Assembly (NCBI GenBank): GCA_046484345.1
Contig: JAWOJA010000067.1
Span: 22,905-86,904 of the forward strand
Origin: Kiritimatiellia bacterium
GTDB taxonomy: Bacteria; Verrucomicrobiota; Kiritimatiellia; CAIKKV01
Direction of reading: 5' to 3'
DNA length: 64,000 nucleotides
The number at the start of each line of letters is the position of its first letter. Within the stretch, counting starts at the first letter, position 1. Of this stretch, positions 10,038 through 17,841 are shown piece after piece. The position numbers and the translations under genes are program-made. A model generated the notes under the pieces. It ran no database searches. It saw only the letters and a program-made list of their open reading frames with translations, and was not told the origin of the DNA.

Positions 10038-10562
10038 TCAATAGGCGATGATGGCGAAGACGGGGCGGGGGGTCAGCTTCTCGCGGCCTTTCAGAAATTC
10101 CAGCTCGATCAGGAAATCGATCTCCACCACGCAGGCGCCGCTTTTTTCCAGCAGCTCCACCGCGGCCAAGGCGGTGCCGCCCGTGGCCAGCAGGTCGTCG
10201 ATCAGCAGGACCTTTTCGCCGGGCTTCACGGCGTCCACGTGCATGGCGATTTCGGCCGTGCCGTATTCCAGCGCGTAAGCCTGGTCGAGCGTCTTGAACG
10301 GCAGCTTCCCTTTTTTGCGGATGGGGACCAGGCCGGCTTTCAGCGCGTACGCCACCGCCGACCCGAAGAGAAAGCCGCGCGCGTCAATGCAGGCGACCTT
10401 CTGGATGCCGGCTTGCGCGTGCCGTGCGACGAAGAGATCCACGGCGGCCCGGAAGAGGGCCGGGTCGCCGAGAACGGGGGTGATGTCTTTGAACAGTATC
10501 CCGGGCTTGGGGAAGTCCGGCACGTCACGAACCGCTATTTTCAACGCTTCCAGGAATGACAT
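10038..10562 (-). CDS. apt: adenine phosphoribosyltransferase
   Basis: VPDFPKPGILFKDITP, DARGF, YALEYG, PRPP motif VLLIDDLLATGGT. Confidence 0.97.
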   Translation of the reverse strand: MSFLEALKIAVRDVPDFPKPGILFKDITPVLGDPALFRAAVDLFVARHAQAGIQKVACIDARGFLFGSAVAYALKAGLVPIRKKGKLPFKTLDQAYALEYGTAEIAMHVDAVKPGEKVLLIDDLLATGGTALAAVELLEKSGACVVEIDFLIELEFLKGREKLTPRPVFAIIAY

Positions 10563-10581
10563 ACCGGACCTCCTTTAGGGA

Positions 10582-13314
10582 CTATTTTTTTTCCGACTTC
10601 AGGGCCGCCTGGGCCGCCGCGAGGCGGGCCAGCGGAATACGGAACGCGCTGCAGCTCACGTAGTTCAGCCCGGTCTTGTAGCAGAACTCCACCGTGGCCG
10701 CATCGCCGCCCTGTTCGCCGCAGATCCCGATCTTGAGGTTCTTGCGGGCGGAGCGGCCCCGTTCGGTCGCGATCTTGACCATCTCGCCCACGCCGTCGAG
10801 ATCGAGGGTCTGGAACGGATCGGCCGGCAGGATATTCTTGCTCTTGTAATCCTCCATGAACTTGTCCGTGTCGTCCCGGCTGAAGCCGAAGGTCATCTGC
10901 GTGAGGTCGTTCGTCCCGAAGGAGAAGAACTCGGCCTCGGAGGCCATGCGGTCGGCCAGCAGGGCGGCCCGCGGGATTTCGATCATGGTGCCGAACAGGT
11001 AGGCAAGGGCTTTGAGGTTGTACTTCACGGCCACTTCGCGGTTCACCCGGTCGCAGATGGCGCGCTGGTGTTTCAGCTCGGCCACGTCGCAGGTCACGGG
11101 GATCATGATCTCCGGCTTGCACTGTTTCTTCTGGGTGATCAGTTCGGCGGCGGCCTCGAAGATCGCTCGGAACTGCATTTCCGCCACTTCGGGATAGGTG
11201 ATGCCGAGGCGCACGCCGCGGTGGCCCATCATGGGGTTGGATTCGTGCAGTTGTTCGGCCCGCTCCCGGACCTCCTTCACCGTGATGCCGATGCTGCCGG
11301 CCAGTTCCTTCTGCTTGGCGGGATCGTTCGGCACGAATTCATGCAGCGGCGGATCCAGCAGGCGGATGGTGACGGGCAGGCCGTCCATGACGGCCAGCGT
11401 GGCCTTGATGTCGCTCTTGACGAAGCGGAACAGCTTGGAGAGCGCCTTCTTGCGCTCGTCGGGGGTTTTGCTGAGGATCATTTTCCGAAGCAGGAACAGA
11501 GGCTCGTCGCTGCCCTTGCCGTAGAACATGTGTTCCGTGCGGAAGAGACCAATGCCCTCGGCGCCGAACTGGCGGGCGACGCGCGCATCCTCGGGCGTGT
11601 CGGCGTTGGCGCGCACGTCCATCTTGCGGAACTTGTCCACGCTGGTCATGAACTTCTGGAAGCGGGGATTCTCGGTGGCGTCGATCAGCTTCACGGCGCC
11701 CTTGTAAACGATGCCGCGTGTTCCATTGAGGCTGGCCCAGTCGCCTTCCTTCAGGGTCTGGCCGTCGGCCGCCAGTTTGCGGGCGGCCGCGTCCACGTGG
11801 AGCGCGCCGGCGCCCACGATGCAGCACTTGCCCCAGCCGCGCGCCACGAGCGCGGCGTGGGAGGTCATGCCCCCGCGCGCGGTCAGGATGCCCCGCGCCA
11901 CGCGCATGCCTTCGACGTCCTCGGGGCTTGTCTCCTCACGCACGAGCAGGACGGTCTTGCCGGCCTTCGCCCACTCCACGGCCTTTTCGGCCGTGAAGAC
12001 GATCTGGCCGACCGCGCCGCCGGGCCCGGCGGGGAGCCCCCTGGCGAGTTGGGTGGCCGATTTTTCGGCCGCCGGATCGAGAATCGGGTGCAACATTTCG
12101 TCGAGCTGGGCGGGCTTCACGCGCAGGACCGCCTCTTTTTCGTTGATCATGCCTTCCTCGAGCATGTCCATGGCCATGTTAAGGGCGGCCGTGCCGGTGC
12201 GCTTGCCGGTCCGGGTCTGAAGCAGGTAGAGCACGCCGTCCTGGATGGTGAATTCCAGGTCCTGCATGTCCCGGTAATGCTTCTCCAGGCGGGTGCGGAT
12301 GGTGTCGAGTTGCCTGTAGACGGCGGGCATGGCCTTCTCAAGGGACTCGAGGTGCTGGGTGCCTTCGGTTTTCATCGCCTCGTTGATCGGGTGCGGCGTG
12401 CGGGTGCCGGCCACCACGTCCTCGCCCTGCGCGTTGGCGAGCCATTCGCCGTAGAAGCGCGGATCGCCCGTGGCGGGATTGCGGGTGAAGGCCACGCCGG
12501 TGGCGGAGGTGTCGCCCAGGTTGCCGAACACCATGGCCTGGACGGTCACGGCGGTGCCCCATTCATCCGGAATGCCCTCGATGCGCCGGTAGGAGATGGC
12601 GCGCTTGCCGTTCCAGCTTTTGAACACGGCGCCGATGCCGCCCCAGAGCTGGTCCTCGGCTCCGTCCGGAAAGGCCTTGCCGAAGACTTCCTTGACCCGG
12701 GCCTTGAAGAGATCGCACAGCTCGCGCAGGTCGGCCTCGGTCATGTCGACGTCGCTCTTGTAGCCTTTTTTCTTCTTCAGCTGGTCCATCATCCGGTCGA
12801 GTTGCTTGCGGATGCCCATGTCGTCCTTGGGCTCGATGCCCTCGGCCTTTTCCATCACGACGTCGGAATACATCATGATCAGGCGGCGGTAGGAGTCATA
12901 GACGAAGCGGGCGTTGCCGGTCCGCTTGATCAGGGCCGGAATCGTGGCGGGGGAAAGGCCGATGTTCAGCACGGTTTCCATCATCCCGGGCATGGACTGG
13001 CGGGCGCCCGAACGGCAGGAGAGCAACAGGGGTTTTTCGGTGTCGCCAAACTTCATTCCCATCTCTTTTTCGGTGGCGGCCAGGGCGAGGGCCACTTCCT
13101 GCTTCAGGCTGGCGGGGAATTTCGACTTGTTGGCGAAGAAGTCCACGCAGCATTCGGTGCTGACCGTAAAGCCGGCGGGCACGGGGAGGCGCAACTTACA
13201 CATTTCGGCCAGGTTGGCGCCCTTTCCGCCCAGCAGGTTCTTCATCGAGGAATCGCCATCGGCCTTGGAGCCGCCGAAGGAATAAACATATTTGCGCGCC
13301 GCACTCTTGGCCAT
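10582..13314 (-). CDS. ppdK: pyruvate, phosphate dikinase
   Basis: LLGGKGANLAEM, SMPGMMET, GGMTSHAA (phospho-His), GIGLFRTEHMF, FSFGTNDLTQ, GICGE. Confidence 0.98.
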   Translation of the reverse strand: MAKSAARKYVYSFGGSKADGDSSMKNLLGGKGANLAEMCKLRLPVPAGFTVSTECCVDFFANKSKFPASLKQEVALALAATEKEMGMKFGDTEKPLLLSCRSGARQSMPGMMETVLNIGLSPATIPALIKRTGNARFVYDSYRRLIMMYSDVVMEKAEGIEPKDDMGIRKQLDRMMDQLKKKKGYKSDVDMTEADLRELCDLFKARVKEVFGKAFPDGAEDQLWGGIGAVFKSWNGKRAISYRRIEGIPDEWGTAVTVQAMVFGNLGDTSATGVAFTRNPATGDPRFYGEWLANAQGEDVVAGTRTPHPINEAMKTEGTQHLESLEKAMPAVYRQLDTIRTRLEKHYRDMQDLEFTIQDGVLYLLQTRTGKRTGTAALNMAMDMLEEGMINEKEAVLRVKPAQLDEMLHPILDPAAEKSATQLARGLPAGPGGAVGQIVFTAEKAVEWAKAGKTVLLVREETSPEDVEGMRVARGILTARGGMTSHAALVARGWGKCCIVGAGALHVDAAARKLAADGQTLKEGDWASLNGTRGIVYKGAVKLIDATENPRFQKFMTSVDKFRKMDVRANADTPEDARVARQFGAEGIGLFRTEHMFYGKGSDEPLFLLRKMILSKTPDERKKALSKLFRFVKSDIKATLAVMDGLPVTIRLLDPPLHEFVPNDPAKQKELAGSIGITVKEVRERAEQLHESNPMMGHRGVRLGITYPEVAEMQFRAIFEAAAELITQKKQCKPEIMIPVTCDVAELKHQRAICDRVNREVAVKYNLKALAYLFGTMIEIPRAALLADRMASEAEFFSFGTNDLTQMTFGFSRDDTDKFMEDYKSKNILPADPFQTLDLDGVGEMVKIATERGRSARKNLKIGICGEQGGDAATVEFCYKTGLNYVSCSAFRIPLARLAAAQAALKSEKK

Positions 13315-13408
13315 ACCCGTCCTCTTTCTTTAGTGGATCATAAAGGGGCTCAACGTCGCTTTTCGCGCCATTCATTCAGGCCTTCGGGCCAATGGAAAAG
13401 CGGGAGAC

Positions 13409-13436
13409 ACTTTAACACGAAGCCCCGGCAAGTCAA
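13409..13436 (-). promoter_or_regulatory. putative sigma70 promoter for ppdK
   Basis: Minus strand TTGACT-N16-TAAAGT with TG extension. Confidence 0.4.
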
Positions 13437-13609
13437 GCACAGGCCTTGGCAGGGCAAACGCATCAAAAAACCGTTGAACCGGCCAAAAACTGGCATGGTT
13501 CTTGATCGGGCGGGTCACCCGGTGGCCGCGTAGGAGGCCCCGCTCCCAGCTCTGCTGGTTGTAACAGGCCCCGGCCGGCCCTTGGCGAATTCCGTGTCCC
13601 TGGACGGTC

Positions 13610-13649
13610 CGCAGGAGCCGGGGAACCGGCCGGTTCCCCGGCTCCTGCG
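13610..13649. repeat. 40-bp perfect palindrome with no spacer
   Basis: CGCAGGAGCCGGGGAACCGG|CCGGTTCCCCGGCTCCTGCG. Confidence 0.95.
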
Positions 13650-13871
13650 CTCCTCGAAAGCGCTCCCGGCTGGCCCGTCTTGTCCATTCCAGGGTACGCG
13701 CCCGGGCGCGGGATCTCCCGTCCGTGCTGTGACTGGTACCGAGACCGATAATGCCGATTTTTACTGGATTTAGAGGCGGATAAAGCCATATAGATCAAAT
13801 TGAATGAATAAGTTGCGTTTTTCCACAGGTTCCGTAAAATGATTCGCTAACTTGGCTAAAGGGAAGTTCCA

Positions 13872-14879
13872 ATGAAAACGTATAATGTCTGCATCGTGGG
13901 AATCGGCGCCGTCGGAACCGAAATGGTCCGGGTGCTTAAAAAACGCAATTTCCCGATCAAAAGCCTCACCATTTTGGCCCGTTCCGAACGCACGGAAGTG
14001 ATCGACGGGGTTGGTTACCCCGTCAAGGTTGCTTCTGCCGAGGCATTCAAGGGCATGGATTTCGCCTTTTTTGCCGGCACGGAAGGCTCCAAGGGCGCCT
14101 CGCAAACCCTGGGTTGGGAAGCGGTTAAGGCAGGCTGCGTGGTGATCGACAACGGCGATGATTTCCGCATGGATCCGAACGTTCCGCTCGTGATTCCGGA
14201 AATCAATCCCGAGGCGTTGAAACAGCACAAGGGGCTGATTGCCAACCCGAACTGTAGCACAATTATTGCCCTGATGGCGTTGGCGCCCCTGCACAAGGCC
14301 GCCCGCATTGTCCGCTTTACGGCGGCCACCTACCAGGCCGTTTCCGGAACCGGAGCGCCGGCCGTGCGGGAGTTGGAAAACCAGATCAAGGCCTGGGCCG
14401 CCGGCCAGCCGGCCCCCAAGCCGGAGCAGTATCCCCATCCCATCGCCTTCAACGTGTTGGCCCAGATCGGCAGCTGCAAGGACGATTCGGGCGAGACCAC
14501 CGAGGAAATCAAGATGCGCAAGGAAACGCATAAGATCCTCGGCGACAACAGAATCCGCGTTTGCACCACCTGTGTGCGGGTGCCGGTTTTCAATGCTCAT
14601 TCCGAGGCGATTTTCGTGGAATTCGAAAAGCCGATTACCCGGGAGCAGGCACGGGACCTTCTGGCCAAGGCCCCAGGCGTGGTTCTGGTGGACGACGTCA
14701 AGAACAGCCAATATCCGATGCCCATCGAGGCGTCGGGACAGTACGATGTGCGCGTCGGGCGCATCCGGCGGGACCCGAGCGTGGAGAATGGTTTGGCCTT
14801 GTTCGTGGCCGGCGATAACATCTGGAAGGGCGCGGCCCTGAACGCCGTGCAGATTGCGGAGAAGCTGATCCAGGAATAA
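13872..14879 (+). CDS. asd: aspartate-semialdehyde dehydrogenase
   Basis: IANPNCST (catalytic Cys), TYQAVSGTG, CVRVPVFNAHS, DNIWKGAALNAVQIAE. Confidence 0.96.
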   Translation: MKTYNVCIVGIGAVGTEMVRVLKKRNFPIKSLTILARSERTEVIDGVGYPVKVASAEAFKGMDFAFFAGTEGSKGASQTLGWEAVKAGCVVIDNGDDFRMDPNVPLVIPEINPEALKQHKGLIANPNCSTIIALMALAPLHKAARIVRFTAATYQAVSGTGAPAVRELENQIKAWAAGQPAPKPEQYPHPIAFNVLAQIGSCKDDSGETTEEIKMRKETHKILGDNRIRVCTTCVRVPVFNAHSEAIFVEFEKPITREQARDLLAKAPGVVLVDDVKNSQYPMPIEASGQYDVRVGRIRRDPSVENGLALFVAGDNIWKGAALNAVQIAEKLIQE

Positions 14880-14898
14880 GCGCGATTGGCCCCATAAG

Positions 14899-14932
14899 AA
14901 CCCGACGGCTGTAAAGCCTTCGGGTTTATTTA
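14899..14932. terminator. intrinsic terminator between convergent genes
   Basis: Stem AACCCGA-c-GGCT / GTAA loop / AGCC-t-TCGGGTT followed by a T-rich tract. Confidence 0.7.
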
Positions 14933-15091
14933 TTACTGGTTCATCCCGGGGAAGGTGGGGACCCCTTCATTGGCGGACGGGACATTCCACGGGTGCTCGG
15001 AATCGTCGGGGGTGGTCATGCAACCGGAAAAAACGGTTGCCATCAGAAAAAGCGCGGCAAAAAAGACCAGATTAAAACCCGCCCTTTTCAT
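14933..15091 (-). CDS. small 52-aa lipoprotein (absent from ORF track)
   Basis: MKRAGFNLVFFAALFLMATVFSGC-MTTPDDSEHPWNVPSANEGVPTFPGMNQ: basic N-terminus, hydrophobic core, FSG|C lipobox. Confidence 0.75.
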   Translation of the reverse strand: MKRAGFNLVFFAALFLMATVFSGCMTTPDDSEHPWNVPSANEGVPTFPGMNQ

Positions 15092-15190
15092 CGTTATACC
15101 AAGGGTTTGTAAAACTGGATTTCAAGGACCTGCACCGCGATTAAACCGATGAAGCAGAGGGTCGCGAGCAGGGCCAGCACCGCGTAAATC

Positions 15191-16120
15191 TTAATAGAAG
15201 ACATTGTCGCCGACCTCCGGATCGTCCTGCTTCATGTTCGAGACCATGTCGCCTATCGCCAAGCGGTACTGGTCGTTCACGTCGCTGATCTTGACCTTGC
15301 CGACCCACTTATCGCCGCGATGAACCGTTAACTCGAGCCCCGCATATAGGGCGGCGGAGTCGTTCATGGCAATGACCACAAAATTCCAATTCTTGTTCAC
15401 CAGGACAAGGGAGCCCTTGGCACCGGGCTGGATGTCGCCCATGGCGCCGGTAATGTTGGAGCCGCCGCCCTTGGGTTTCATTTTTTCGATGATGGCATTC
15501 AAGGTCCTGATCTCTTCGTCGCGGTCCGCGATGGTTTCCTGCATCTTGGCGACCTTCTCTTGCAGATCGGCGGCCTTGGTGACGGCCTCTTCGAGCTTGG
15601 CCTCGAGTTCGGCGATTTTCGCGGCGCGTTCCGTCACGTCCTTCTGAAGGGTGGAAACGTTTTCCTGCAGTTGTTTCTTTTCGTCTTCGAGTTTCACGAT
15701 ATCCGCTTCGAGGGCCGCGATCTTGTTGGTCGCGATTTCGAGCTCCTGGATCTTCTGGCTCAGCGCGGAGCGGGTGTCGTTCAGGCGGCTGAGCTGGACG
15801 GCGGATTTGCCGATCAGCAACTTCATGGTGTCGTCCATGATCGCCGACTTGTTGGTGTCGGCGGTCTCCGGGGGCGCAAGCTTGTACTTGAGCAACTGTG
15901 GCAGGGCGATCTGGGTGTTCATTTTGGGATTTTCGGTCTGGGTCAGGTCATCAGTCTGCTCGGCCTCGATGTTGGCGGAGAGCTCCAACACTTTTTGCGC
16001 CATATCCTGCACGTGCCCCTTCAGGGTTTCGCGCTTCTGGAAAAGCTGAATTCCCAGAAAGAGGGCGCCGATACCAAGAAGGAAAAGAAAAACAACAAGA
16101 ACGCGAAGCAACTTACCCAT
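15191..16120 (-). CDS. membrane-anchored coiled-coil protein with C-terminal beta domain, hypothetical
   Basis: N-terminal TM helix, long heptad-rich K/E/L region, C-terminal GSLVLVNKNWNFVVI...VGKVKI. Confidence 0.85.
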   Translation of the reverse strand: MGKLLRVLVVFLFLLGIGALFLGIQLFQKRETLKGHVQDMAQKVLELSANIEAEQTDDLTQTENPKMNTQIALPQLLKYKLAPPETADTNKSAIMDDTMKLLIGKSAVQLSRLNDTRSALSQKIQELEIATNKIAALEADIVKLEDEKKQLQENVSTLQKDVTERAAKIAELEAKLEEAVTKAADLQEKVAKMQETIADRDEEIRTLNAIIEKMKPKGGGSNITGAMGDIQPGAKGSLVLVNKNWNFVVIAMNDSAALYAGLELTVHRGDKWVGKVKISDVNDQYRLAIGDMVSNMKQDDPEVGDNVFY

Positions 16121-16164
16121 GCTGACTCCCTAGGGATGGATGCGGATTTATAAATACTTGTGTC

Positions 16165-16194
16165 ACTATAGGAATCCCACCCCCCGCTTGTCAA
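16165..16194 (-). promoter_or_regulatory. sigma70 promoter for the 16120 gene
   Basis: Minus strand TTGACA(16194-16189)-N18-TATAGT(16170-16165). Confidence 0.65.
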
Positions 16195-16305
16195 CGAAAA
16201 ATACCGCGTTACAACGCTTCCTTGAGGGCTTCTTTTGCATTGGGCGTGTCACTTTTTTCCGAATGAAGATTGAATTCCCCCCGGGAAGATGATAAAAATT
16301 AAGAG

Positions 16306-17841
16306 TTGAACACCAGAAGGGATGGCTCATCCGTGAATCCGGAATCCGGCGACAATAAAAACGACGTGCTGCTCGACTTGAATTTCGTGCCTAATTGGGC
16401 TCGAAAACCACCCGAGGCGAGCCCTTACGCCGACACCACGCGGGAGGATGGCGGATATTCGCGGTCCCATCACCGGGATGAACGCCGGGACGGGCGGGAC
16501 CGGGAGCGCAATGAACGGTTTCGCAGGCGCGAAGGGAAAGACCGCACGGAGCGGGACATGCCCCGCGCGCCTCGCCCGGCCATGGCTGGCGAGGGCCAGG
16601 CCCCCGAGCGCGCCACCTCGGGCGATTGGGATCGCGGCGGCGCGACGCGCGGCCCGCGTCAGGAGGCCCTGCCACCGCCGTTTCCGGTCGAAGTGACCTT
16701 TGTTCCCGAACGGGCCGGCCTCATTACCATCGCCCGCCGCATTGCCAAAGTGGGCCGCGCCTTTTCCTTGTTTGACGTGGCCTCCCTGTTTTTGAGTCAG
16801 CCGGACTATTTTACGCTCAAGCTGTCGGGGCAGGACGTCCAGCCGGCCGACGGCGCTCCGGCGCCCGCGGATCCGGAAGCCGCTCCGGTTCTTGAAAAAA
16901 CGATCCTGTATCAGTGCCGGGAATGTAAGCAGATCTTTTCCGATCGCGCGCAGGCGGCGGGCCATGCCATGGCCCGGCATCTCGAACAGTTTTACAAGCG
17001 CGAAGAGCAGGTGGTGGAGCCGCCCCAGGGCGCCTTCACCAGCGTGGCCCGGTGCGGGCTGTCCGGCGAATTGCTCGGCCCGCCCAACCACCACAGCTTT
17101 AACGATCGGTTGCTGGAGCTACATCGGACCCGGTACTCGCACCTGGCCCTTGATGATTACCGCCGCCGCATCGAGAACGTTCATGATGCCGCCCTTCTGG
17201 AACAGTGGAAGGAGCAGATGAAAAAGCGGACGGTTTACAATGTGATCGGGAAGCCGGAAACGCCTCCGTTGCAATCGTTTGCGGAAGTAGAAAAGCATTT
17301 TTCCGAACATTTGGCCGCCGATATGGTGAAAGAGGGCGGCTCGTTCACGATTGCGGGCCCGGTCTCGCGGGAATTGGAAGACCGGCGCTTGCGGCGCGCG
17401 GTGATGGATGCCTGGCATCGGGAAAATCGGTTCCCCCTTCGGCTTTCCATTACTCTTCGGCTCGCATTCCGGCACTTGGGGCTGCACACGTTCAAGACGG
17501 CGGCCGGCGGTAATTTTGTGACCGCCATTGTGCCGTCCGTGCTGGATCCCGAAACGGCCATTCCGCTCATCAAGGAAATTCTCCAAGTATTGGAGCAGAA
17601 TCCGGGCACCGAAAAGGCCAAACTGCTGGAAACCTTGCGGCCGGGCGCGGTTCCGGAGTCGCCCGAGGCGCACGAGCTGATATCGCAGCTTCGCTGGCTG
17701 GTGGACAAGGGGCATGTCATTGAATTTTCAGACGGCCGACTGGCCGTTCCCCGCAGTGCCGTTAGAAAGGTGCAGCAGGCCAAGCGCGAAGAACGCCGCC
17801 ATGGCGGGAGGCCGGGTCGCCAGGAAGCGGAGTCTGCATGA
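16306..17841 (+). CDS. hypothetical protein with R/D/E-rich N-terminus, C2H2-type zinc finger and probable C-terminal winged helix
   Basis: CRECKQIFSDRAQAAGHAMARH (C-x2-C-x12-H-x4-H); C-terminal ELISQLRWLVDKGHVIEF; ATGA overlap with the next gene; start uncertain (TTG 16306 or GTG 16333). Confidence 0.8.
   Translation: MNTRRDGSSVNPESGDNKNDVLLDLNFVPNWARKPPEASPYADTTREDGGYSRSHHRDERRDGRDRERNERFRRREGKDRTERDMPRAPRPAMAGEGQAPERATSGDWDRGGATRGPRQEALPPPFPVEVTFVPERAGLITIARRIAKVGRAFSLFDVASLFLSQPDYFTLKLSGQDVQPADGAPAPADPEAAPVLEKTILYQCRECKQIFSDRAQAAGHAMARHLEQFYKREEQVVEPPQGAFTSVARCGLSGELLGPPNHHSFNDRLLELHRTRYSHLALDDYRRRIENVHDAALLEQWKEQMKKRTVYNVIGKPETPPLQSFAEVEKHFSEHLAADMVKEGGSFTIAGPVSRELEDRRLRRAVMDAWHRENRFPLRLSITLRLAFRHLGLHTFKTAAGGNFVTAIVPSVLDPETAIPLIKEILQVLEQNPGTEKAKLLETLRPGAVPESPEAHELISQLRWLVDKGHVIEFSDGRLAVPRSAVRKVQQAKREERRHGGRPGRQEAESA

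Noticed and set aside
11790-11802. Additional CCACGTGG cores (also near 18808 and 61512) as parS sites
   Set aside because: They lack the TGTT/AACA arms
11068-13533. 821-aa + strand ORF, and similar long antisense ORFs (7533-9728, 17235-19289, 24908-27136, 29324-31648, 46317-49481, 61541-63193)
   Set aside because: Shadow frames opposite well-supported genes, expected with high GC at third codon positions; no recognisable motifs
13500-13770. Known structural RNA (RNase P, SRP, tmRNA, 6S)
   Set aside because: Diagnostic motifs such as GAGGAAAGTCC or GGAAGGAAGCAGC were not found
13819-13827. DnaA-box-like TTTTCCACA (also TGTGGATAA at 51630-51638)
   Set aside because: Isolated single boxes, one inside a CDS; no cluster or unwinding element, so oriC is not called
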